NCBI RefSeq assembly: GCF_947568905.1 | Contig: NC_079164.1 | Coordinates: forward strand, 39,618,001-39,682,000 | Source of the DNA: Ostrea edulis | Taxonomy: Eukaryota | Length of the DNA: 64,000 bases | Direction of reading: 5' to 3' | In this document: positions 28,921 through 40,928 of the stretch, piece after piece | Layout: each line of letters opens with the position of its first letter | Position numbering within the stretch: the first letter of the stretch is position 1 | The notes under the pieces: model-generated | Database searches by the model: none | The model's input: only the letters and a program-made list of their open reading frames with translations | What the model was told of the DNA's origin: nothing | Made by a program: the position numbers and the translations under genes

Positions 28921-31900
28921 AATAGTCATATAATGATATGCTAGTATAAAAGGTGAAAAGTGATCAATGTCATAACTCCTACATTGTATAAACAATACAA
29001 AATTATGAATTGGGCAAACATGGACGCCGGGATATACAAGTGGTGGGATCAGGTGCCTAGGAGGATCACACACACCCTGTCAACCGGTCACACCCGCCGT
29101 GGGGCCTATATCTTGATCAGATAAACGGAGTGATCCGTAGTGAGAATCATCTTCAGGTAGTTCAAATTCAATTTTCTTCAATTCAGTCCCCCCCCCCCCC
29201 CTCGGGTGGGATCACAATAGGAGGAGATCAAAGTTTTATATCATTTTATGATGTAATAACCCAAACTAGCGTCTCTAATAACGGTTTACTAAGTATTGCT
29301 GTCTAGCTGTCTTCAAAGATGGACAACTATGTATCGTTTCATTGACTCTAGTAGCCTGTTTTGAATTATTCATTCTGGTTTGTCCAAGGGGTCGTGTTTG
29401 CCCTTTTCTTAATTTTGTATTTTTATAAGATTTATTAGTTTAATCAGTGTGTGTTATCTCAACTTGTTTATTAAACAAACTGTAACATTTTGCGGCCAAA
29501 ACGAAGTTTTAGCTACCCTCGAAGTGAACAGTGGCGTTTTCCGGTCAATACGAAGTTTTAGTTATCCTCGATGTGTAATAAACACCTCGCTCTCTGGTTT
29601 TGGTAATTATTGTACTTATAGGTATCTAAAGCACCGTATTGACTTGAAAAAAAAAAAGTCATTAATATTGTAATATAAAAATATATGATCATTGAAAGAC
29701 TGAAGAGTAACTAAACTACCAATGAAAGCTGATGGAAAGATAATTGAGTGATTACATGCAATTGATTGTATCTTGTTTAATGTCCCTCTCGAGAATTTTT
29801 CACTTATATGGAGACGTCACCAATGTGAAGGGCGTGAAATTTAGGCTTTAGATGCTCGGCGCTTACGTAGTAGTTCCATCCTCCTGTGACGTCATGAGAT
29901 TTTGCAAAATCAATGATTTATTTTGATTTATGCGTGATAGGAAGTTAGATTTTGTTGGAGTCTTTTTCAATAGTTATTGTAAAAAATCTTGTTAAATTTA
30001 GAATATTTCAAAAGTCTAAGTTACATGTATATATATTAATAATCAATAATATGTTTCAAAATATTGAATTCAAAGGCAATAACTCTTGTTTTCATTTAAT
30101 CATTTATCAAATTCATTACGCAATAGTGTTTTTTTTTTTGTTTTTTTGTTTTTTTTAACAGAAATTTTGAATTGTTTTGTGAAGAAACAGTTTCATGAAA
30201 TTAATGTGAATACTATTATATCGTTTTAATCAGTTTTTGTGAAATTTTTATAATGCTGTTGAAAACAAATTGCAATTTTCTGACGTTGATATATGATTTT
30301 ATAAATGCATGCCTCGCATCTTAAAAAACTGCGATATTTTATTTGATAATTTAGTAGTTTTAACTCTAATAAATTAAAATAAATACATTTTAAACATTTA
30401 TCAGATAATAATTCGAGTATTGAGTTACCTTTTAATGTCATTTCCGAGGACCCGTGACATTCACATCTGATGCCTAGCGTTTGGCGATGGAACTGTCCTT
30501 ACCTGTTTTAACGACTTAGGTATGTCGCGGCCGGGATTAGAACCCCGATCTTCCGCATGCGGGGCAAACGCTCTACCTCTAGACCACTGTGGCGGTTATA
30601 ATTGAATAATAACTGAAATATCACCGAATGGTTTTAACTGAACAGTTTTAACTGAATGATTCTGTGAAAATGTCAATAATTGTCCAATTGAATTGCTTGA
30701 TTGATTGTATATTGTTTAACATCCCTCTCGAGAATCTTTCAATCGTATGCCGGTGAAGGGCTGCAAAATGTAGGCCTATGCTCGGCGCTTACGGCCTTTG
30801 AGCAGGGAGGAATCTTTATCATGCCACACCAGCTGTGGCACGGGACCTCGATTGTTGTGGTCTTATCCAAAGGACCGACCCATTTAGTCGCCTCTTGCGA
30901 CAAACAAGGGGTACTCTGAGGACCTATTCTAACCCGGATCCCCAAGGGATTTGTATATTAAAATTTTCAATATTGACCCATGATTTATGACATTCAATAC
31001 ATATTTATAAATATTTCATAAGAGAAAAGAAATGCATATCTCCTGCAAGTTACGCGATTAATTCGATATTATGCCGAGAAAAACTACCAATACAGTGTTT
31101 AAAATTTAATTGGATAAAATAAAATTCATATCCACGATATACTGATATTATTCACTTGATTTAAGCATGCTTTGAATAATTTAAACTATATGTATTTGTT
31201 TATACATGTACATAATAAACCTTCATAATATGAAAACAAAACCCAGTCATTCACATTTTGAGGTTTTATCTAACCTGCCAGTACAAAGATCGACAACTCG
31301 ATTGATTTCTTATCACAGTGTACCAAACAAGGCCTGCTTGTGTGTGCATTTTTTGTCAAAGTATATTAAAACTGTCTAAATCAATATAGTTGTCCATACT
31401 GATTAAAATTGTTTCAGACGAGTATACATTTTCTAAATGATACTTCATAAAACAATATGATGTATGTTTTAAGTAACCATCAAATTATTCCTAGAAATTT
31501 TCTAGCAATGCTATCGAATGACCAAGTTTGTTTTCTCAAATGGACTACGGTAGTTTTAAAGCATCTTTTGTAAGAATTCCACTGATCAATGTGAACATCG
31601 TTTTAAATTCATTTTCGTACCAAATGAGGCACAGAGGCACGAGATCGGAACAAGCTAGAATCCAAACGTCCAAAAGATGCTGAATAACTGGAATGTCTGA
31701 TTCTCTAACAACACTTTTACCCAATACCACAGTATCTTACGGCATAAATAGATCAACCATATACCGTATGAACAGCCAATACACGTTTGATTTATTTGCT
31801 ATTTTCCATAAACATCTTTATTTGTTCAATTGTGCATCGTATATCACTCATCGCGTTATTGAAGGAGTAACTGATATATAAAACTGTAAAGATTTATCTC

Positions 31901-32049
31901 GTTTATACGAGATATCAACACTAGTACATGTATCAGTGTAAAATATTTCCTCTTATCTAGCTCTATTTTATGTGTCATAACTTGAAATGTTTTTATCAGA
32001 TATTAAATTCAAATGTTGTATAACGCCCCCCATACTATAAAACGTTTAG

Positions 32050-32221
32050 ACAGCTTCGGAATTTAGATTCAAAATGGAACCAGATTGTCCATCAACAGCA
32101 GAAGCATGGAATGAAAAGTCTACTGAAAGAGCTTGCACCCCAAAAGGAAATTACCATTGTATGCAAACACAGGATGGTAAAGTGATTGAACTGTGTAAAA
32201 ATCCTATCTGGATAGAAGCAG
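32050..32221 (+). CDS. Cys-rich ectodomain/TM/STAND-NTPase gene, first recovered coding exon
   Basis: tttag|ACA..., with an alternative acceptor 4 nt downstream. Reads TASEFRFKMEPDCPSTAEAWNEKSTERACTPKGNYHCMQTQDGKVIELCKNPIWIEA-G|gtatgt (phase 1). Confidence 0.8.
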
Positions 32222-32417
32222 GTATGTACAGTTGTATCCCTTATTAGTTAGACCAGTATGTTGAGGTTTTTTCAAAACGTTTTTTATTTACCATACTCTC
32301 AATCCATGGATAAAATGTATGTCGGATTGTTTATCTAAATTCATTACTTCTGCATTATTTACAGAACACAAACGTCATACTATTTCCAGTTTTCAAACGT
32401 TTTTTTTTTCCTTTAAG

Positions 32418-32528
32418 GTAAATGTCCCATCTACAATAAAGCGGGAATGTTGGATTCCACGTCATGTGTATCACGACCGCCAAAACCGTGTCCATCAAAC
32501 GCTTACAAATCCAATACAGTCTTTAAAT
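32418..32528 (+). CDS. Same gene, Cys-rich exon 2
   Basis: ctttaag|...T|gtaagt, 111 nt, phase 1-1: GKCPIYNKAGMLDSTSCVSRPPKPCPSNAYKSNTVFK-Y. Confidence 0.82.
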
Positions 32529-32980
32529 GTAAGTGTTAAACCCCCCATTCTGAGTATGGATGCACGCAACAGATTGTGCTCTCTGTGTTAATGTAGTCAA
32601 TATAAAAGTTACAGCATTTGACACAAGTAAAGGTTTTGTGCTAGCTCTTGTTTCCCCTTCATAAAGGAAGATATTCACGGCAATAATATTCCTAAACTAA
32701 AACACTCACCGAAGACATTGGTGAATTTTCTTTTCGGACGACCTGTACATTCTTCATAAGGAACAAGAAAGCTCCATAACTCAATAACAAACCTTACCTT
32801 CTCTGTGGCGAAAGAGAAAGTTCTCGACTTAAGTAACACACTTTTCTTTCTGTCTCTGCAGAAAGAGAAAGTATTGTATGATGAATTTGTTGTCTTCTTA
32901 ATTTGTATATTACAAGTGATATTCATGAACTATGATATAGTAGTTTAGATTCTGTTTGATATTGAATTATTAATTTACAG

Positions 32981-33005
32981 ACCTAGCGTGTTTCCCAGAG
33001 AAGAG
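32981..33005 (+). CDS. Same gene, 25-nt microexon (YLACFPEKR)
   Basis: ttacag|AC...AG|gtaggt, phase 1-2. Needed to bridge the phases of the flanking exons and supplies the eighth ectodomain Cys. Confidence 0.72.
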
Positions 33006-33146
33006 GTAGGTGATACTCAATGTATTGTCGGCCATGAATAATTATGTCTGAAATGCCCATTGTTATGATTTTTAAAATAAAATTCAAAGAATAAGAGTTG
33101 GTCAGAAATTGAAAATTCAATATTTATCATTTTATAGTTTTACAAG

Positions 33147-33340
33147 AATTTCTTCAACAACTAGCCGAGGTGTTAACCATGCTGATCAACAACAAAACAC
33201 ATCAACAATCAGAACGAGTACACATGACGGGGGAGCTGGTCCGGAGCTACTGGCGCTAATCCTTCTCATCATTCCTGTGGTTATTGGTGTTATCGTTTTC
33301 TTACAAAGAAGAGGGTACATCAAACGATGGCGACGAAACA
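33147..33340 (+). CDS. Same gene, Ser/Thr-rich stalk plus transmembrane exon
   Basis: tttacaag|A...A|gtaagt, phase 2-1: ISSTTSRGVNHADQQQNTSTIRTSTHDGGAGPE-LLALILLIIPVVIGVIVFL-QRRGYIKRWRRN. Hydrophobic helix followed by a basic stop-transfer cluster. Confidence 0.85.
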
Positions 33341-33449
33341 GTAAGTATACATTGTATATCAGTTTTATTCTGTACTTGTTATGAGTTATATATTTTAAGA
33401 TTATTTTGGATGATACTACTCTATCAATTCTTTTCATTTGTCTCTGTAG

Positions 33450-33509
33450 TCAACAGAAGACGTCATCCTGAGAATATCACGGAGGAATCTGCAATACCTT
33501 CACCTACTG
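33450..33509 (+). CDS. Same gene, cytoplasmic linker exon
   Basis: ctctgtag|...G|gtcaga, 60 nt, phase 1-1: INRRRHPENITEESAIPSPT. Confidence 0.72.
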
Positions 33510-33664
33510 GTCAGATTCTGTTCATGAATATCAAACATATTTATACAGAGTTTGGGTTCTATCAGATATTTATTTTCTAACTAAGCAAATTCTGTCACAT
33601 CGAAAGGACATGTGTACGATATTGTATTTATCTTATACAAATAATTAATTGTGATATCTTATAG

Positions 33665-33742
33665 GTACAAACGTTGAGGACGACCATGGCGAGGATCAAG
33701 CGTTGATACGTACTAATGACACTCCCAATCTGTCAGTTGAAG
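33665..33742 (+). CDS. Same gene, cytoplasmic linker exon
   Basis: ctttatag|...G|gttgat, 78 nt, phase 1-1: GTNVEDDHGEDQALIRTNDTPNLSVE. The donor is weak. Confidence 0.65.
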
Positions 33743-33929
33743 GTTGATATAAAACGATTCTCTAAACATTTCGATAATGTTGTAATCAGATCAATGTTCG
33801 AATTAGCCAAGGTGAAGGGATATTTGTTTAGAACCAATTTCCGTAATACTTGTGGATAAATCCACACCTGTAGACATCCTCTCAACACCAGGTTAAATCC
33901 AACAGATAATGTAATTAGCTGTCCTTTTC

Positions 33930-34240
33930 CATAGAAAGGTATAATTCTATGGTCGTTATAACGATCTAGTTCGTCAATACAACCTATCCTTGGGTCAAAT
34001 GCTGTCTGACGTATTAAGCCGTTCTTGGCACACTGATTTTGACTACAGATAACTCCATTTACCTGATCAGGATATAGGGCTCACGGCGGATGTGACCGGT
34101 CGACAGGGGATGCTTACTCCTCCTAGGCACCTGATCCCACCTCTGGTGTGTCCAGGGGTCCGTGCTTGCCCAACTATCTATTTTGTATTGCTTGTAGGAG
34201 TTATGAGTTTGATCACTGTTCGTTATCTTCACCTTTCATT
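33930..34240 (+). mobile_element. Penelope-like 3' segment
   Basis: Shared motif ...cacggcggatgtgaccggtcgacaggggatgcttactcctcctaggcacctgatcccacctctggtgtgtccagggg...gatcactgttcgttatcttcacc. Confidence 0.75.
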
Positions 34241-35590
34241 GTAAATTGCTTACATAATCTACTGTGTCGGATTAACTGGCGGCAATACTGCATGCTATGG
34301 TAAGTCATATTGTAGTTTTTAAAATCTTTTATTTTGAATTCCTTTTTTCCTGACCAGGCCATGCTAATATTCAGCCCAAAACTTGGATGTACCGTAAATC
34401 AAAGAAGGACTTACTCCCAATGTACGTAAAGTTAGGTTAAATAATTTCGAATGTTGACAGTCTAAATCTGCGTAGTTACAATTTTGTAAAATAAATATAG
34501 CAAAAATGATTCGATATGATATCAGTACCATGCAAGAATACTTTCGTGAAGCCTGAATATTTTCCGATCTATCCCAAAGTGAAAGAAGACGCCATGTACA
34601 TTTCAGTCACTAGGCCTAACAGCTTCGGTAATTATCGTTTCGTTTAATGATAATGTTTATGATAATAATGTAAAACTACCAAAATTGTACACAGTTTTTA
34701 AGCAACGATGCAATGAAGATGCTTTGTGAACGACTTTAAAAGATGAAAACAACTAGGTATTGAAAATGAACATCTATAGGCCTAGTAAAAGGGCAAAACA
34801 AGCTGCAACCGAAAACTATTATTAGGTGAAGGAATTTCCCTTGCCTTAAACATAAACACCGAACTAAAATGACCTATAGAATCTACATGACACGAAATAA
34901 AGAACGTAGTTTCTTTCTTCATAAGATACTTAAATCAGCCATATTATCTGTAAAATTCAAGTTTATTACCACCAGCGCATTAACCGTAATATTTTTCAGA
35001 AATCCGGAATATCGTTTTTTGAAAAATAAAAATGGTGCTCCTAGCTCACCCTAAAATATTTTTGCATTGATGGTCAATTGAAAAGGTGTATATTATGAAA
35101 ATACTTTAAATATTTTGGGCGAGATGAAACCAGTATGGCAAAACCTTTACAAAGTAAACAGTTTTTGGTGAAAAATGACAAAAATACAGTACCATATCTG
35201 GTTCTACTATGTATACAGCTTTAGTTGTGGTCTTATTTTTAAAATCTAACATGTTTTTTTAAACCCCGGATTCTGATACATACTTATAACACCAATACTC
35301 CTATTCAACATTTACTTTCATTTTTATATATTTTAAGGGCCATATTTTGGGGTTTGTGAATCAGGTTCTTTTCTTATTCTTTTACTCCATATCTTATCTG
35401 TGTCTAGAGGAGGAATCAGATATAAAACATAATCCAGAGAACGTACTTTGTAGTGGAAGAAGCAGGCAAAATCCTTACTCTATGACATTGTATAATACAT
35501 ATCTCTGTGTTGGTTATTTCTAATAGCAATGATATTTTTGTAATTAGAACTAGCGTCTTTGATACCTTTTAACTAAATAATTATATGTAG

Positions 35591-35671
35591 GATCTGATAC
35601 AAATGTCATCCATCGACCTGGCGAAAATCAAAGTTCGGGAAGTACAAAAGAAATTAATTCAACTCCCAAAG
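35591..35671 (+). CDS. Same gene, duplicated linker exon A
   Basis: atgtag|...G|gtatgt, 81 nt, phase 1-1: GSDTNVIHRPGENQSSGSTKEINSTPK. Confidence 0.7.
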
Positions 35672-37200
35672 GTATGTACAAATACCCAAGAACAATCATC
35701 ATACATTGTAATATTATAAACTCGACAATCATTGAAAAAAAAAAACTTCAATTTATTTTAGAATATTTAGTAAATACAATTATGTATATCACATGCAAAA
35801 TGGGATTCTTAAGGTAGATCGATCCTCGTGTGATGACATAGGTTTTTGCATAAACTTTATCAAATTAAACTTTGCACGTGTTAGAAATATATCTTTTAGA
35901 GGAATTTTATTCACTAGATATAATAAAAATATGATAAATCTATTCATAGTGAAAAAGTTTATATTTTCCATAGATGATTATGTATAAGGAACACAGTGCT
36001 GTCAAGGGCAATGACTCCTATGCTGGTAGTTCCTCTACTGTATGTCTATTATACAATAATCTCCCTAATATCCACAATTAATTTATACATATTTATATAT
36101 TAACAGTTTCTCTAAACTGTTTACATTAAAAAAATTCATTTCATTAAGGTATTCAATGTATAATGACCATATCTCATATCTAATAAATGGATGGTGGAAT
36201 ATATGTAATCATGGTATCATTTTGAAGGGTTCATCAAATAAAAATAATCCACCGTAGGAATTTTCAAAATTTTGTTTACTGCTCGATTTATTTCACCTAG
36301 AATTTAACATTGAAGTATATGGGGAAAGCATGTTTTATTACATATTTTAAAAACAAATTATATTTTCATACTAATCTCTTGGTAGAAAGTTACGTACACA
36401 CTTTCTTTTTATGAAAATATGAAATAAAATAAATCATTGACCACACACATTGTTAGAAAATTAGAGTTTTCTTATTTTTACAAAGGTCAGACAACTCTTC
36501 CCAAAAGTCTTAAGTGCAAAAAGGTCAGCTTCTAATCATTTATCAGTCATGTGAATTTCATCTGCTTCACTTTCATCATTATTTAACAATAAACTTTTAT
36601 GTTGATCTAAATCCTTCAAAATTGTTTATTATTATCTTTTTATTATACATGAAATACCTTAAAAAGTATGTCATTTTAACATTTTTTTATCTATGTTTTA
36701 TTATTCTGTTTTAAGAAAATGTGTGTTTTTGTATGTCTGACATATACATTTTCTTTGGTTATTAATTAAATTAAGTTACATTGAGTGAATATTAATACAG
36801 TTTTTCCAGTTTCAACCATTGATATTGTTAAGTCACAGGATAGTGGAGCTACCTTAAGTTAAAGTCTCCCAAATATTCATACTCTGAGATCGCTATTGAC
36901 GAAAGAACGTTTTTAGTGTTCCAACAGGACATTATGTTGAATTGGAATTGATATTGTACATGTATAATTGACTGAACAAATTCACAGATTATTCATTATT
37001 TATGCGAGAGAAATTCGTAAAATTGCATTTTTGGTAATTAATATATTTATATTATCATTATATGGTGATGTTCACATTATCCCATCTATGACATTGATAC
37101 GATATGATGTATCTGTTTTGTTGTTGGTTATTTCTAATGAAACTTGTATTTTTGTAAAAAGTAGCCTTTATGATAGACATTATTGAATAGTCATTTGTAG

Positions 37201-37287
37201 GACCTGAAATGACTGCCATCCAGCAACCGCCTGCTGGAGACAATCAAAGTTTGGGAAGTACAAAAGAAATTAATTCAACTACCAATG
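37201..37287 (+). CDS. Same gene, duplicated linker exon B
   Basis: tttgtag|...G|gtatgt, 87 nt, phase 1-1: GPEMTAIQQPPAGDNQSLGSTKEINSTTN, paralogous to exon A. Confidence 0.7.
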
Positions 37288-37419
37288 GTATGTAAAATGC
37301 ACAAGAACAATCATCATGATTTACTAAAGTATATCAATAGTACAAACTATTTAATGAATTTAGACAATCATTGGAAAAATTTCAATCTTATCTAAAATAT
37401 ATAGTAAATACAAGCAAAT

Positions 37420-37990
37420 ATATGAACGGTGAAGATAACGAACAGTGATCAATGAAAGATAACGAAGAGGTACATGTAACAAATAACGAACAGTAATCAA
37501 TCTCATAACTCCTATAAGCAATACAAAATAAAGAGTTGAACAAACACGGACCCCTGGATATAATAGAGGTGGGATCAAGTGCCTAGGAGAAGTAAGCATC
37601 CCCTGTAGACCTGTCACATCCGCCGTGAGTCCTATGACTTGATCAGGTAAACGGAGTAATCCGTAGACAAAATCAGACAAGCCAGACACCATTTGACTCA
37701 ATGATAAGTTATATTGGCAAACTAGTTCATTATAACGACCATAGAATTTGCGAAATGCTGACTTTAAACGAGACTGTTGAATCCCTATAACATCAACTTT
37801 GTCGGTAGCCATCCTCGATTTAGAAACTGCCCAAACGCAGAACAAGCTCTTGTGTATCGAGTCAATTGAGAGATATGAAGACCAAATGCAGGTGATATTG
37901 GAATATTGCTATATAGATATGGAAAGTTGACGATAGAGAAGCTGAAATCATCCCGTTTGTAATGAGTTGTTAGTTTGCTGTTATTACATG
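37420..37990 (-). mobile_element. Penelope-like 3' fragment inside the intron preceding the NTPase exon
   Basis: ORFs YKRDDFSFSIVNFPYLYSNIPISPAFG..QLTRYTRACS and SAFRKFYGRYNELVCQYN, followed by the shared 3' segment. Confidence 0.8.
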
Positions 37991-38327
37991 TATCCATTTA
38001 CGAAGCAGATATGGAGGATTCACATGCAAAATGGGATTATCTAAGTTAAAGTGTCTGAAGTTGGTTATATTCCTACTTTGAGATCGTTGTTGATGAAATA
38101 TTATTTTTCGAGTTCAGACAAATTTAATTCATTTTGTAGTAATTGTCTGAGAAATTTATAAAATTTTTATCGTTTATGTGAGAGAAAGTCGTAAAATTGC
38201 ATTTTTGGGGTATTTAATATATTGTTCATTATCTGGTGATGTTCACATTATCCCATACACTTTTGTTTCTATTGAATGTTATTCATCAAAATGTGACATT
38301 GTTGATATGCATTATCTCTCTTCACAG

Positions 38328-39469
38328 AACGGCGTATATACGTGAATATGGCGAACTTATCTTTCATAGACAAGATGGCAAAATCACTGTTATCTCTAAA
38401 TATCATGGTGATTATTGGATTACCTGGAAGTGGAAAGACTTCTCTCGTTTCCGAAACAGTTATGTTTGCTTGTCAAAAATTTACCACTAGTGCACATGTC
38501 CGGCACATGAAGGACATAAAAGAGTTAAAGGAAATAACCACGGACCAGAAAACTTTCCTTATACTGGATGAGTGTATCAAAAGTTGGTTCAATAAAAATA
38601 CCATTGCTACTTTACTTAAAAATGTTGAAAATGTTGTTGAAGCTGGAAAGGGAAAGATCCATGCATTGATATGTGTTCCAGCTACTATTTCAAAACATGA
38701 TCTCGAGGAGTTCCTAAAAAGTAGTTCTTTGCAAGATAAAATTTATGATCTAACCGTAGATGGGTACACCGAAGAAGACTGGGGAGCAATATTCGACAGT
38801 CATAAGCAAAGTAGAAAGGAATGGATCGAGAATCAAAAATACGAGAAAGGGGGCATCGTTAAATATAGGGAGGCTTACATTCAATGTAAAGCTAAACATA
38901 TAGGAAAAGCGACAATACCGTCTCTCCTCTTTGAAAACGCGTATTATCTAACGAGTGCTTTAAAATTTCTCGAAAATCCATATGACTTGATGTTGCAGCG
39001 AATCAATGGTTTATCCAAATCAAATAGCGGATCTGATGTTCGTCATTTTGCTGCTCTCGTAATTCTCATGTTGCACAATGGAAAAACAAACATTCGAGAT
39101 ATAAACAAAGATATGGTCACTGAACTATGTCAAGTTTTCAAAGTGGAGAATTTTTCATTGTCTCACGACTTACAGCATGAAGACGTGGAACAGTATGGAG
39201 ACATTGTCTCAATACACTGCAGAGAAACAGTTCGTGTCACATTTGATGTTGTTTGGAAGGAGAGAAAAGATTTGATCATCAAATACTGTGACGGTGAATT
39301 ATTTTTGGAACGCGTCTCCTTATATGGAGTGAAAAAAGTTGATCTCCTCGCAATAAACGATCGCTTTCAAACGATTATATCAGCTGGAACGCCATACGTA
39401 TGTGAACACAGTATTTGGGAAGAGTTACGAGCGAAATGTTCTACTTTTAAAAAACAACCGCGTTTTTGA
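38328..39469 (+). CDS. Same gene, terminal exon: STAND-like (nSTAND3-type) P-loop NTPase plus helical region
   Basis: Acceptor cttcacag|AA is in frame with the 375-aa ORF 38342-39469. Walker A VIIGLPGSGKT, Walker B FLILDE, then helical segments (HFAALVILMLHNG; IIKYCDGELFLERV) like those I recognise from bivalve nSTAND3 proteins. The nine exons total 1950 nt (649 aa + stop). Confidence 0.8.
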
Positions 39470-40668
39470 CAAATGATTTTTGATAGCTCTTACTGAGTAT
39501 TTTGTGTAGTTGTTCAGTCTGCGATCAATATTTGACAGCGTTACTTATTTTCATAGGTCTATTAATGTGTGTTTTCATAATTATATAATTTATATGCAAA
39601 TGAATGCATACTTGACTGAAATTCTATTGAGCTACCGTGGTGCTTTTATTAGTGTGTGTTTTCATATTCCTAAAATTTGTATGCTTACCAATATTTGCTG
39701 TCCAGAAAGTAATTGAAAATAATGTATGCTCTGAACCAACAATATTTTCATTGTATTTGTATGTTAAATGGTTGAATCAGGTACCAATAAAGTTATGTTA
39801 TTGCATAACCAGTCAGTTATGGCTATCTCTATCTTTTAGAACGGCTAATTTGCAATAAATAGGATAGAAATTGGGAAGCAATGAAAAAATCCATCGAAAT
39901 TTTAAAGAAAAAAGTTTACTTGCCGGCCGTAACCTTAATATACTGTCATTTGGAAAGTAAAACCAATATACTGGAACATTTTATTTAACATCTAAGTTAT
40001 ACATAAAGCTACTTTTTTTTTATTACATATATCTAATGAAAATAGCTACAAGTGTGATCCGATATTTTACTGCCATATAATCACTCATCCGGATGATATA
40101 GGTCAATAGCAACAAAGGATGCAAGTCTTAATGAATATGTAACTACTATGATTTAACCAGCCTTTTAACACCCGGATAATGTAATATCCGTGTAGTACGA
40201 TAACATTACCTGTGTGAGTCGCACAGCTAATGTGATCCTTAGTATATCAATGGTCGCGAATGCACCCGCTAATGCAATCCCTTTCCAATGCACAAGTGAT
40301 TGACGATGTAGATATCACCTGCAATATCAACCGATAATATAATACATATCTTATTGTATGACGCTATTGCCAAACTGAGGTTGGAAGAGCACTTTTTAAA
40401 GTGGGATTAACTGGTGAAACTGCCACATTGCTTTTTAATTGGAATTACATTAGGTATGCGTTGACATCCTTGAAAGTTATCTTGGTAAGAAAAGCCAGAA
40501 AATCCGCGATATTTTCTCTAACCCTGAATGTGTATCATGTTGCGGTGAAAAGACGAAGACTATCGCCTTCGATTTTTCTCAAAGAAATAACGAAAACTAT
40601 AATCATGATTATGTGTATATACATAAACTAAATGATACCTTGCTATTCTTTATTTTTGGGTGAAATGA

Positions 40669-40928
40669 TGGATTAATTGAAAATTGTTTAACGTCCCTCT
40701 CGAGAATCCTTCACTCATATGGAGACGTCACCACTAACGGGCTGAAAAATTTAGGCCTATACTCGGTGCTTATGGCCTTTGAGAAGGGAGGGATCTTTAT
40801 CGTGCCACACTTGCTGTGACACGGGACCTCTGTTTTTGCGATCTCATCAGAAGGACCGCCCCATGTAGTCGCCTCTTACGATAAACAAGGGGTACTGAGG
40901 ACCTATTCTAACCCGGATCCCCACGGGA
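40669..40928 (-). mobile_element. SINE-like element, family A (non-tRNA head, Nin/Deu-like core, (CAAT)n tail)
   Basis: Full length with a 13-bp TSD ttgggtgaaatga (40656-40668 / 40929-40941). Core gtcccgtgtcacagcaagtgtggcacgataaagatccctcc. Confidence 0.85.

Noticed and set aside
15301-30945. Recurrent short ORFs of the type GEGLQNLGLCSALTAFEQGGIFIVP (15301, 25578, 30701) and SPPRHLIPPLV (28816, 37360, 50721)
   Set aside because: They are translations of SINE and Penelope 3' repeats, not a gene family.
31693-31881. Candidate first (signal-peptide) exon of the receptor gene, also a hydrophobic stretch near 31330-31365
   Set aside because: The first lacks a hydrophobic core and the second lacks an in-frame ATG. 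The 5' exon remains unidentified; the in-frame ATG at 32074 would give no signal peptide.
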